DNA of 64,000 bases, taken from assembly GCF_009914755.1 (NCBI RefSeq), contig NC_060946.1, one strand, 5' to 3'. This document shows positions 45,336-57,660 of this stretch, in pieces. Origin of the DNA: the human T2T-CHM13v2.0 reference genome, Homo sapiens. The translations under genes and the position numbers were made by a program. A model generated the notes under the pieces. It saw only the letters and a list, made by a program, of their open reading frames with translations, was not told the origin of the DNA and did not search any database. Numbering within the stretch: the stretch's first letter is position 1; every line of letters starts with the position of its first letter.

Positions 45336-46438
45336 GGCCTTGGTCCCTCATCACACCACATGTTTAATCTTTTTTTTTTTTTTTTTTTTTCTCAGAGTCT
45401 GGAACATTTCAATAGACAATGGGTCCATAGTTTAGGCTGGCATTCTAAGACTCCAAATCATAATATACATAATTTCCATTATTTTAGCTGGGACCTTAAC
45501 TTGCTTTGAAATCAGATAGGGCCAGGGGGAGAGGGCCCAGAGTACCTGTAGATGGAACCTCTTGACTTTCACCCGGCAGAGCAGCCTGGTCAGTCCTAAT
45601 GAGTGTACAGCTGCCAGTGAGGAGATTCAGTGACTTGGCATGCAAGAGATTTTGCTCCTAGACTTGCATCTGGGCCTTTGAATAGTTGATGTGACCAAGA
45701 CGTTTCTTTGTATCTTAGTTCCTAGCTGTGACACAGTATTTTGTCTGTGGAAAGGGTACCCATTTTTTTCTGCACAAAATTCATTAAAAAATGGAATCCT
45801 GATATAAAACTTATTCTTGTGAAGCGGGTCCTCGCTACCTTATTTCTGGGCACCCAGCTGCTGACCGTAACTATGGCCTGGATTTTTGCATGGCCCTCCA
45901 TGCCTGCTGCCCCATTGGGATTAATGACCTGTCAGAAACTTGGCCCAAGCTCACCTCTGGAACCAGTCCTTTTCAGCTGGACCTGAGCCTGGTAGATCTA
46001 GTCCTCTTCTGTTCTGTCATTTATCAGCTTGCTAGAGAGAAGGAGAAATAAATTTTGCATTTGATGAAAGAAGAGGAAATATCTGCTTGTTCTCAATGAT
46101 CTTGATGTCAGCATAGCTAGGTCAGGACATTCTGAAAGGGGGAGCACCCAGCCTTGTCATTTCCCTCATCAGTGGGACAAGATGAACAATACTTTGTGTT
46201 TCTAAGGAGCGCTGTTTTTTCCTCAACATTCTCTTGGCTTTTTTCCCCTCATTTTCATACTCAGAACTGCCTTGAAGAAAAGGAATGGACAAGTGGCTTT
46301 ATTGTAAAAATGTGATGCAGTGATCACGTTGTACTGTTTTTCCTACTTTTTTCCTCTGATAATGTGTGCTATTCTCCTGACACACGCCATTCTCTCCTTC
46401 CTTCTCCTCACTGTGTTCTGTTTTTCTAATCCGTTTTA

Positions 46439-46597
46439 TGCCACTCCACTCCACTCCACCCCACTCTACCCCACTCCACCCCACTCCACTCCACTCCACC
46501 CCATCCCACTCCACCCCACTCCATCTCACTCCACCCCATCCCATCCCACTCCACCCCATCCCATCCCACTCCACCCCATCCCATCCCATCCCATCCC
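46439..46597. repeat. Pentanucleotide (TCCAC/CCCAC/TCCCA)n repeat
   Basis: Direct reading. Confidence 0.95.
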
Positions 46598-46629
46598 GTT
46601 CTGTATTAAGGCTTCTTATTGAAGGTACA

Positions 46630-47490
46630 GCAGTGTATTAAAGAGCCATGTGCTCTGGCACCAGGCTTGGGTTCAAACCCTAGCTCTGTGTCTCATAGAC
46701 TATGTGATGTGCCCTCCCTTGCCTTTGTTTCTTTATTGTAAGTTGTGGAGAATAATGTGTAATTCATAGGGAGGTGGTAGGAACTCGATGGGACTCAAGG
46801 TGAGGGTTGTATAAACCACAAATCCATATCACATTATGAATATTATAATTAATATGGAAAGCACTGTGTTAGTAGCTTCTGGGGCATTCAACACTGGCTT
46901 AAAGGCTCTCTCTTTTTTAAACTCTTGAAATTTTTAAAGAAGTAGATATTGGTACCCTTGTTAAAAGTATATGGCAAAATGTGTTGAGTCTTACAAGTTA
47001 CATAAAATAGAGTGAAGGGAAATATTACAAATGTATCTAACCTGGAGAGTGTATACATGTGCGTGTGTGTGTGCACGCACACATGCATGTGCATGACTAT
47101 CACAGAGAAGGGTGAATTTAAGCTGGGCCAGAAAATAGAACTGGTATTTTGTCAGGCCAGACAGGAAATGACAGCAGAAACTTTAGGAAAGTTACTTCAC
47201 TTCTCTGAGCCTTAGATTCTTCAAATGTAAAACAGAGAAATAATACCTACCTCATAAATTAATAATAGTAACAGCAAGTGTTTATATAGAACTTACTTTT
47301 GCTTGGACGTGTTCTGAGTGAAGTATACACATCATTTCATTTCATTCTTATAATAATTTTAGAAAGTAGGAACTATTTTATTTCTAGTTTCATAGTCAAG
47401 GAAACAATGGCATTGAATACTTAAATAAATGTCCATGGTTACATAGTACTAAGAAGGAAATATGAAATGCTTAACTTAGGCCTGAGTGCT
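46630..47490. mobile_element. MIR fragments (about 46630-46800 +, 47180-47255 +, 47260-47490 -)
   Basis: 'gttacttcacttctctgagcc...tgtaaaac...aatacctacctcat'. Confidence 0.65.
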
Positions 47491-47999
47491 CCAGGGAATG
47501 ATGCTGCCTTCAGCAGGGAGGAAATGAAGATGGGGCCAGAACTATCTCTGGATTCTAGAATGTGCTTCTCCTTACTCAGGTCTCACAGGTTTGTAGCCTC
47601 TCCCCAGATGGGTTCTGAGGTCCTATCCAGAGCCCAGAATGGTAGCAGGAGGAACAGCTAATAAAATATTTTTGCTAAGCCCTTAGTAAATGTGCAAGGG
47701 CTTCCTAGATGCTAATTTATAATTAGAAGGTGCCTAAGAAAGAAGATTCTTCCTGCTCCTTAAATAAATGTGTGCTGTGAGCAATCCTGCGTCAAAGTAG
47801 AAGGAAGAGGTAAAATCAACAGCCCCAAACTCATCCAAGTCACAGCTATCCCATGGTGAGAAAATGGAACTCAGTGGGAAAAAGAAATGAAAATAAACCC
47901 CAAGGAAGAGTTCTGCTTTGTGCTTAGTCACTTTGGGTATTTCTTTCCTCATCTTCCTGAGAAAGAAGAATGTGTATGGGAGGTGAAGTTGGGTGTTGA

Positions 48000-48354
<355 letters not shown>

Positions 48355-49211
48355 AACAAGAAGTATTTTAAACAGAGCATTGGGGTCTTTCAAAACCTTT
48401 GGAAAGGTTAGAAGAAAGGCCATCAACTTGTGGCTCAGAATACCCCAGAACAACACTGCAGAACCAACTTGCCCCTGCAGCTGCTGCTTCTGCCACAACC
48501 AAGAAGGCAGGAAATCAAGAAGCTCCAACCCTGGAAACTATTGGCTCCAGCAACAAAACAGCTAAGCTGATATCCAAGGACTAGGAAACTGTGGCTGCAG
48601 CTGCCGCTTCCGAGCCCGGTCAGAGCTGTGCCTGGTGGTGGGTGGGGCTGCATTTAAAGTTCTCAAGCTCTCCTGCAAACCTTGACTGTACTGCTCTCTG
48701 ATGGGCAATGTTGTAGAGGTTATGTCACCTCTCCAAGCCTCAGTTTTCTCATCTGTAAAATGTGGATAATAATCCTACCTCACAGGTTTTTGTAAGGCAT
48801 GAAAAAACTCATGGACAGAGGCCAGGAGAGTGTCACCTCTACTTAGTCTCTTCACGTGTCAATGCCCTGTGGTGTCAGGTTTGTTGAACTACACTCCCAA
48901 ATCCTAAATACTATCCTCTGCCTATCAAGAGGCTTAAGGTTTCCACATGATGCTCAGAAATTGTGAGAACCAGAAGGGAATTAGTTAGGATTTCATCATG
49001 TGAATACTCAAGCAGCCCTGTCTCCCGACCCCCATCCTGTGGATCTAATGTTTTGGAAGATCATGTCTAAAATAGTGCATCTGTGACACAATGATTAATT
49101 TGTACTCATGCTTTGTAAAAAAGACCTTCCGACGAGCATGAATTGGTCAGTCGGAATAGGAAATTCATTCATTTCCTATGCTGAATGAATATAATTTGAG
49201 TCCTAAGTTTA

Positions 49212-49557
49212 AAAAAAAAGTCAATCTCATAGAAACAGAGTAGGCAGGTGGTAACCGGAGGCTGGGTAGCAGGGAAAGATAGAGAAAGGGAAGATGTTCA
49301 TTAAAGGGCACAAAGCTTCAATTAGACTGGAGGAGTAACTTTTAGTGATTTATTGCGTGGCATGGTGACCACAGTTAATAATAATGTATATTTCAAAAGT
49401 GCTAAAGAGATGTTTAATGTTCACACCACAAATAATTGGTGAGGCAATGGATATGTTAATTAGGTTGATTGAATCTTTCTATAATGTGTAACTAGATGAA
49501 AGCGTGACATTGTACTCCACAAATATACACAATTGTTGTGAATTAACAATTTTTTTA
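49212..49557 (+). mobile_element. L1MA (MA4-MA6-like) 3' end
   Basis: 'tctcatagaaacagagtag', 'catggtgaccacagttaataataatgtat', 'ggatatgttaattag'. Confidence 0.85.
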
Positions 49558-50788
49558 ATGTAGGAAAAACTTGATATTTTGGTTTCCTTTTGTGGCCTCC
49601 CCTTAGTAGGTGTACAGTTTCCACTGGCTCTGGTAACAGAATGCTCACTCACATAGTCTGTCCCTGAGAGCTCAGGAGCTGGGAGCTGTGCACGCTGACT
49701 GCCTGGGGTCCACCTGGGCCAGTTGAGGGCTGCCTGCTGAGGCACTTGAACCCATAATCCAGGAGGAGGAAGGTCTTAGAAGGGAATGGAAGTAGAGTGA
49801 CCCGAGAAGAAGCTAGAAAGAGTGCTGGGAGGTCAAAGCTCAAAAAGGCCTTCTCTTCTGGAACTTTCTGTTCTTTCTTCAGAACAAGTATGTGTTACCG
49901 CCATTTTACAAATGAGAAAACAGAGGCTTAAAGAGGTCCACATTTGCACAGCAAGTTAGAGGCAGAAGTGGGTCTCCTGGCCCTGAGGCTCTGTGGGCCT
50001 GGTTTCCCTCGGCTATTTTCCTCCTGCCTGGAATTCCTCCTCCCCTTCTCCCCTTCATCTCCAGGCATAGTCATTCTTAAAAGAGAGCCCAGGGTTCAAA
50101 TTGTTTCAAACAAAAACACAGCCAAAATAGAGCCCCTTGGAATCCACCACAGCTACAAACCTGACAGCTTCCCACTGTGGGCTGAGAAATAATTATTGTT
50201 GGTAATTAGAACTAAATTACTCTTGTCAAAACAGACGAAATTGCAGAGCTAGCACGGGGGCATCTAAGATATGTCTGTCCCAATGGCCACTCTCCTTCCT
50301 TTTGGCCTAATTGAGACTCATGTGGCCGCAAGAAATTCCCTTTTAATTCTGTACTCCAGTTGTGGGTCAGAGTCATTAGCCATAGACCTACTTGCAGAAT
50401 GTAAAATGAAAGGGTTCATTTTGTGAGCTCCTATTTTTCTGGAGAGACAAGAGAAAAGCTGGTGATAATAATAGTAGCCCATAGTAGCAGTTAGACAGAA
50501 GGAAAGAAAAATTCAGCTTATACTGCAAGGGAATTCCAGGAGGTTGTATTCAGTAAAGGCATCATGCAATTATATAGGCCTGCGTAATGACAAGAGGGGT
50601 GGGGATGGGGGGAGAGAGAGAGAAACAACTCGTTTTGTTTCCTTTCTGACTGTGGCAGCAATACAAGTCAATTAAAAAAAAAAGAAAATAGAAAAAAGTA
50701 TAAAAAAGGAAAGAAAAACCCCAAATCCTAATATATAGCAGTGATTGGTATTTATATTTGGAGTATTCTCTTCTGGTTAGTGTTTTGT

Positions 50789-50804
50789 TCTCTCTCTCTC
50801 TCTG

Positions 50805-50883
<79 letters not shown>
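50789..50883. repeat. (TC/TCTCTG)n(CA)n compound microsatellite
   Basis: Direct reading. Confidence 0.95.
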
Positions 50884-50886
<3 letters not shown>

Positions 50887-51599
50887 TAGTTTCATTCTCC
50901 CCTCAACTCATCAGTAAAGAACCAAGTGGTGTATTATTTTACTTCTACCACCCAGCAGATGGAGATATGAATTTCACTTGTCCCAGGAGAGAATGAATGA
51001 GCCTTTGTTCTTGGCAAAGGTGAGCTTTAGGGCTGGGGAGAGAGGCCCATGCTGCTGTACAAGGAGCTGGGGAGAGCAGGCCTGCACGGAAGAAAGAATA
51101 GACCTACTCGAAACATTTTCTGTACTAATTCTGTCTCTGAGCTCCCTGGTGACCTTAGGGAGAGGAATGATCTACCCACTCATGGTCCTAGAAGCCAGAT
51201 TCCAATTGATTCAGAAAAAGAAAATTTCCTGAACATTTTTCAACCTGAATTTTGTGGAGTAAAGTTATGCTTGCTACACTGATGTTTTCCTTGGGTGACA
51301 TTGTGCTGAATACGCAGGATTCCCCCGACATGTTACTATACATACTTCCTCATGCCGTTTCCGGGCTTCTGTAGGCTCCTTGGGTGGACATTTCTCAAAA
51401 TGTTGGCTGGACAAGGTCAGGGCCAAAAACTGTGGTCTCAGGAAAGAAGCATTCTCTGAGGAGTCTTTTGGCTTCATTACATCTAAGTGGGAACTCCCTG
51501 AGCTAATAGTAGATTTGCTACCAGAGGTAAGGTCCAAGACAAATGATGGCTGCTGCTTCCACAAAACACAAGAATCCTTTGCATCCTTGGCTACTCACT

Positions 51600-51760
51600 C
51601 ACTAGCGGGGTGACCTTGTGAAGTTTACTTAACTGTTTTGGCTTCAGTTTCCATGTCTGTACAATGGGGAATATAAAATTACATCAAAAATAAGTGTGAA
51701 GATTAAATGAGAAAAATGCCTTTAGTTTTAGAGCAGTGCATGGCATGTAGTATGCCAAAA
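51600..51760 (+). mobile_element. MIR
   Basis: 'tgaccttgtgaagtttacttaac...ttcagtttcc...tgtgaagattaaatgag'. Confidence 0.75.
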
Positions 51761-52008
51761 ACAAAACAAAACAAAAAAAACTTGCTACTAGATGGTTTCT
51801 CTCTCTTTTTTTTTAATCCAACAAATGAAACTAGAAAAAACTTTCACATACCTACAATATTTGAGCAGGAGCTGCCAGGTAGATTCATGATTTCTGGTGC
51901 CCTATTGTAATTCTTCCCCTTTCTCATCCACCCCAAAGCAGCCTCATCCTAGGCTATCTGATCCATCGAATAGCCTTCCCCACCACATCACTCCCTCATT
52001 CTGCAGTT

Positions 52009-52575
52009 TGTAGGGGAAGGAGAGATCACCTTCAATCCTCCTTAGCTCTTGTGTTAGCTCTTCAGCTGGGTCTAGGAACAAAGTTGACACCACACAGATT
52101 AACAGAGAAAGGTATGCAAGTTTATATATTTACATGTACGTGGGGCACTGCGTAAGTGAGTGAAGTCCCAACAAAATGGCCAAGCAAGATGCTTTTATAC
52201 ATTTTAGACAAAGAATAACAGATTTGTGAAGAAATGACAGGACAAAGGGGATCTGGCTAGGAGCAATAAGTTCTAGGGGAACCACTAGGAGACATAAAGG
52301 GGTGTAAAACTAGTGGAAAATAAGTGTTACTTAGGAGGAAGTTGATTCTGGCCCATTGTAGCCTGAACTCCCATTCTTCTGGTGATGAAGGCTATTTTCT
52401 CACCCTGGTATGGGGAAAGTATCCCTCCTGGAGTAATATTTATGGCTTGCTACATGTAGAAAAGGACAGATCAGCTCTCCTTTTCTGAAACTATAATTTC
52501 TCCAATATTTTCAGCTTGGAGTAATCAAGACACCAATTCAGCATATTTTGGGATGGCATATCCATGTCTTCTTAA
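52009..52575 (-). mobile_element. ERV1 LTR (LTR37/MER67-like)
   Basis: 'tgtaggggaag...cagattaacagagaaa' and 'gcatattttgggatggcatat' termini. Confidence 0.65.
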
Positions 52576-52789
52576 TTGTCACTTCTTCCTATCTGCACTC
52601 CTGACCAACACAGTTACTAAGCAAATAGTTGAGTGATCATTTGATTAATATTGAACAACAACACTGGGGTCCACTTTAACTTTGGCCCTGAATCCCCATT
52701 TCCTGGCACAGCATAGGTGCTGAACAGAGAGTTAAATATGTGATTATTTAATTGTAAATGAGTGTAATATTATTACAAGATAAGACTTG

Positions 52790-55171
52790 TGATATGGTGA
52801 TATGGTTTGGCTCTCTGCCCCCCTCCGCCCCCCCAAATCTCATGTTGAATTGTAATCCCCAGTCTTGGGGGAAGTACCTGGTGGGAGGTGTTTGGATTAT
52901 GGAGGAAGATTTTCCCCTTGCTGTTCTCGTGATAGTGAGTTCTTATGAGATCTGGATGTTTCAAAGTGTGTAGCACTTCCCTTCTGCTCTCTCCTGCTCT
53001 GCCATGATAAGATGTGCTGGCTTCTCCTCTGCCTTCTGCCATAATTACCAGTTTCCTGAGGCCTCCATGCCATGCTTCCTGTACTGTCTGTAGAGCTGTG
53101 AGTCAATTAAATCTCTTTCCTTCATAAATTGCACAGTCTCAGGTAGTTCCGTATAGTAATGTGAGAATGATCTAACACAGAAAATTGGTATTTGAGAAGC
53201 AGAGCATTGCTATAAAGATACCTGAAAACGTGGAAGTGACTTTGGAACTGGGTAATGGGCAGACGTTGGAACAGTTTGGCGGAATCAGAAGAAGATAGGA
53301 AGATGAGGGAAAATTTGGAACTTCCTAGAGACTTGTTGAATGTTTGTGACCAAAATGCTGATAGTGATATGGACAGTGAAGTCTGTTTTAGCAAAGAGAC
53401 TGGCAACATTTTGTCCCTGCCCTAGAGATTTGTGGAATTTTGAAGTTGAGAGAGATGATTTAGGGTACCTGGCAGAAGAAACTTCTAAGCAGCAAAGCAT
53501 TCAAGATGTGGCCTGGCTGCTTCTAAAAGCCTACACTCACTTGCATAAACAAAGAAATGACTGAAAATTAGAATTTATATTTAAAAGGGAAGCAGAACAT
53601 AAAAGTTTGGAAAATTCGCAGCCTGCCCATTCGGCAGAAAAGAAAAACCTATTTTCTGGGGAGAAATTCAAGGCTGCAAAAATCTGCATAACTAAAGAAG
53701 AGCTGAATGTTAATAGCTAAGACAATGGGGAATATGCCTCCAGGGCATTTCCAAGACCTTCGTGGCAGCCCCTCCCATCACAGGCCTGGAGGCTTAGGAG
53801 GGAAAAAATGGTTTCATGGGCCAGGACCAGGGACCTACTGCTCTTTGCAGCCTTGGGACATGGTGCCCTGTGTCCCAGCCACTTTAGTTCCAGCTGTGGC
53901 TAAAAGGGGCCAATGTACAGCTCAGGCCATTGTTTCAGGGGGTGCAAGCCCCAAGCTTTGGTGGCTCCTGTGTGGTGTTGGCCCTGTGGGTGTGCAGAAG
54001 TCTATAGAGTTGAGGCTTGGAAGCCTCTGCCTAGATTTCAAAGAATGTATGAAAATACCTTGATGCCCAGCAGAAGTGTGTTGCAGGGACAGAGCCCTCA
54101 TGGAGAACCTCTACTAGGGCAGTGCAGAGGAGAAATACGGGGTTGGAGCCCTCACACAGAGTACCCACTGGGGCACTGTTTAGTAGAGCTGTGAGAAGAG
54201 GGCCACCATTCTCCAGACCCCAGAATTGTATATCCACCAACAGCTTGCACCATGCACCTGGAAAAGCCATAGGCACTCAATGCCTGCCTGTGAAAGCAGC
54301 TATGGGGGCTGTACCCTGCAGAGCCACAGGGGTGGAGGTGCCCAATGCCTTGGGAGCCCATCCCATTCATCAGTGTGGCCTGGATGTGAGAAACGGAGTC
54401 AAGGGAAATTATTTTGGAGCTTTAACATTTAATGACTGCCCTGTGGGTTTCAGACTTGCATGGGGCCTGTAGGCTGTTTATTTGGCCAAGTTCTCCCTTT
54501 TGGAATGGGGGCATTTACCCATTGCCTGTACCCCCATTGATTCTTGGAAGTAACTAGCTTGTTTTTGATTGTTGAGGCTCGTAGGTGGAAGGGACTTGCC
54601 TTGTCTCAGATGAAACTTTGGACTTGGACTTTTGAGTTACTTTTGAGTTAATGCTGGAATAAGGCATGATTGTGTTTTGAAATGTGAGAAGGACATGAGA
54701 TTTGGGAAGGGCCAGGGATGGAATAATATGGTTTGTCTCTGTGTCCCCACCCAAATCTCATGTTGAATTGTAATCCCCAGTGTTAGTGGAGGGACCTGGT
54801 GAGAGGTGATTGAATCATGGGGGCAGATTTCCCCCTTGCTGTTCACATGCTAGTGAGTGAGTTCTCACGAAATATGGTTGTTTAAAATTGTGTAGCAACT
54901 TTCCCTTCTTTCTCTTCCTTCTGCTCCCACCATGCAAGATGTGCTATTTGCCTCACAGCTCCACTAAGCAGTGCCCCAGTGGGGACTCTATGTGAGGTCT
55001 CCAACCTCACATTTCCCCTTTGCCTTCTGCCGTGATTGTAAGTCTCCTGAGGCCTCCCCAGTCATACCTTCTATATAGCCTGCACAACTGTGAGTCAATT
55101 AAACCTCTTTTCTTCACAAATTACCCTGTTTCAGGTAGTTCTTCATAGCAGTGTGGGAACAGACTAATACA
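52790..55171 (+). mobile_element. Full MSTA/THE1D-class MaLR provirus (LTRs 52790-53179 and 54724-55171)
   Basis: Paired LTRs; internal region homologous to the THE1A internal region at 7284-8861; perfect TSD ACTTG at 52785-89 and 55172-76. Confidence 0.92.
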
Positions 55172-55825
55172 ACTTGAATCATATTTCTATTGGAAAAGGC
55201 AATCTTTTGGACACTTTGTTTCTTTAATTATTGGGAGCTAACTAACTTTGCAACATGCCTCAGTGTTTATGTTTAGGAATCTATGCTCCACACTGCATTT
55301 TCTCCTATTTAAATAATGAACACTGGATAGAGACCTGCTCAGCTCTAGAAGTAGAAATGAAGTCATCTCCTTTGGACAACAGGCAGGTGACAGGAGTTGT
55401 CAAGGAGTTGCACACTTTCCTTCCTATCAGAGAGTAAAGGATGGCCCACTAAGCAAACACAAGTTCTGGCTCCCCGCTTTCTGTTTCAGACCCAGAAGAC
55501 CCTGTGCAAGGGCTTTCTCATCACTCTTGATACAGATGTTCTTGTCCCTCTGTTAACTGGAAGCTGGAGGTAATTACCAGCAGAAGTGCATCTCCGTGAG
55601 GCATATTAGGCTGGTGGACACTTTCCTTAACCACAAATTGTGCCTCTAATTAGGCAGTTGCTGATACAAGGAGTTCAGAATCTAGTTTATGGACTTGCTT
55701 AGGCCAGAAGCATCTTCCAGTTGTAAGTGGCCTGAAATGGTGTGGGAGGAGGAGGGAAAGGGATGGGAATGGGAAAAGGTTGAGAGTGCAGATTAAGCGG
55801 CAGAAGAGAGGAGATGAGGAGAAAT

Positions 55826-55860
55826 GGAAGGAAGGAAGGAAGGAAGGAAGGAAGAAAGGA
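55826..55860. repeat. (GGAA)n
   Basis: Direct reading. Confidence 0.85.
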
Positions 55861-55899
55861 GCATTCTATTTTCTTTCTATATCAGACTTCATTTTGATA

Positions 55900-56525
55900 G
55901 GCTGGAACATCAATTCTTGGTGTAATAACTGAAAAAACAATTTGACAGTATTTGCTAAAGCTAAATCCCTGTCTAATCTATAACCCAGGAAATCTACTCC
56001 AAGGTTTATATCTAAGAGAAATAAATATATATGCCCACCAAGGTTTATATACAAAAATAGTTCATGGCAGAACTATTCATACTAGACCCATCTGGATACA
56101 GCCCTAATGACCATCAACCAGGGAATAAAGAGATCCATTGTAGTGTTTCCTACAATGAGGCACCACATAGCAGGTTTTAAAAGAAAACAGCAAAACCACT
56201 ACTGATGATGGCCACCACAAGGTATGTTGAGCCAAAGGAGACAGATACAGAAAAGGTACATTCTGTACAATTTCTTTTTTATCAAGTTCAAGAACAGGAA
56301 GGATGAATCTATGGAGCCAGAAATGAGAATAATGGTTACTTCTTGTGAGGCGAATATTAACTAAGAAGTTAATATCCTAGGAGGACAATGGAAGCTTCTG
56401 GGATGCTTCAGATGTTCTGTACCTTGATCCAAGTGTGACTACATGAATGTAAAATCTATGTAAAACGTAAAAAAGTACTTTTACAAAAATGTAAAAGCTG
56501 AACATTTGCATACTTTTCCATATGT
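55900..56525 (+). mobile_element. L1ME-class 3' end
   Basis: 'tatctaagagaaataaa...caaaaatagttcatggcag', 'aagttcaagaacagg', 'gatgttctgtaccttgatc'. Confidence 0.75.
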
Positions 56526-56959
56526 AAGCGAGACTCCATCTCAAAAAGTTAAAACTCAAAACAACATTATGAAAAGGAAAAATACATATTTACTAAAATA
56601 ATAGATAAAAAATGCTATCTTACAGTGCAACCTTTCATTTCTTTGACTAGGGAAGAAAATCTTTCACACATTCATCTGTCTTAAGCATTTATTTGTTGAA
56701 TCGCCTGTGCATATTCCACCCCGGACTCCAGTTGGAATCTTTGTTCATATCTTGCTAATTCGGAGAGCTTGTTAAATGTTTCTGAATCCTTCTCTAGTTG
56801 CTTGTTGCAAATCTTTCCCTCCAGTTTGTCTTTCATTATCTTACTTAATGATGATTTTTATGTAGAGAGGGTTTAAAGTTTTAGGTGATCAAATCTATCA
56901 TTTTTTTTTTGTCTTAGCTAGTTCTTTCATTGGGTATTTTTGTTTTCTTTCCAACCTTC

Positions 56960-57660
56960 TTGAGAAACTGATGGAAGGCAATGTAGCTGGAGCAGCAGAG
57001 TTGTAGAGAGGAAACAGTGAAACAGGGAGTGGAGAGGCAGAGAGGAATGAGGCAGCACAGGTGTTGCATTTTGCGATTAATCAGTGGGTGCACTGAATGG
57101 TCAGGAAGGGAGGTAAATGGGAATAATACAGAGTTGTGTGTTATGAGGGGCACATGGGCTGCTGGGTGGAGAAAGGATGGGAGGGTTGCAAAACCAGAAA
57201 ATCCATGGAGAGGACTGCAGTGGTCCAGGAGACAGTGGCCAGGGCTGGGTAGGTGGGGGAGGTTAGAGATGGGCCTTAGCACTCGGTCCCAGGTGGGCCA
57301 GGTGAGCGTGGCCAGGAGTAGTGAGGTGTCAGCAGAGATGGAGAAGTGGGAAAGGTTAGAGATAGGCTTCAGCACTGAGTCTCAGGTGGTTCAGGGGAGA
57401 GTAACTGGGGCTTGGGAGGTGGTAGCAGAGATGGAGAAGTGCGGAGTGCTAGAGATAGGCTTCACCACCGGGTCCCAGATGGGCAAATGGAGAGCATTTT
57501 GAGCTGGTGAGGTGGAAGCAGAGATGGAGGTGGGGTAGGTTGGAGATGACTTTCAGCGCTGGGTCCCACTGGACTTGGCAATGGATGGGCCTCGGGAGGG
57601 GCACAGGCAAGGCCTGATGGAGACATCCTGGCTGACCCAAGACAGTTGGGTCCTTATCCA
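56960..57660 (-). mobile_element. L2 remnant containing a ~93-bp tandem repeat
   Basis: 'ggagaggactgcagtggtccagg', 'ggacttggcaatggatgg' are L2-like; repeat at 57250-57580. Confidence 0.55.
57250..57580. repeat. Degenerate minisatellite, ~3.5 units, period 93/93/91 bp
   Basis: Anchor ggttagagat-like motif at 57261, 57354, 57447 and 57538. Confidence 0.85.

Noticed and set aside
46299-46641. W/G- and H/P-rich repeat ORFs
   Set aside because: Pentamer microsatellite translation
47056-47096. Alternating purine-pyrimidine quasi-palindrome
   Set aside because: Expected by-product of adjacent (TG)n/(CA)n sequence
50950-50968. CTCF-like CCAGCAGATGGAG
   Set aside because: Mismatch at the conserved GGC core position
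56353-56375. 9-bp hairpin atattaact/agttaatat
   Set aside because: Isolated AT-rich stem inside L1; plausible by chance
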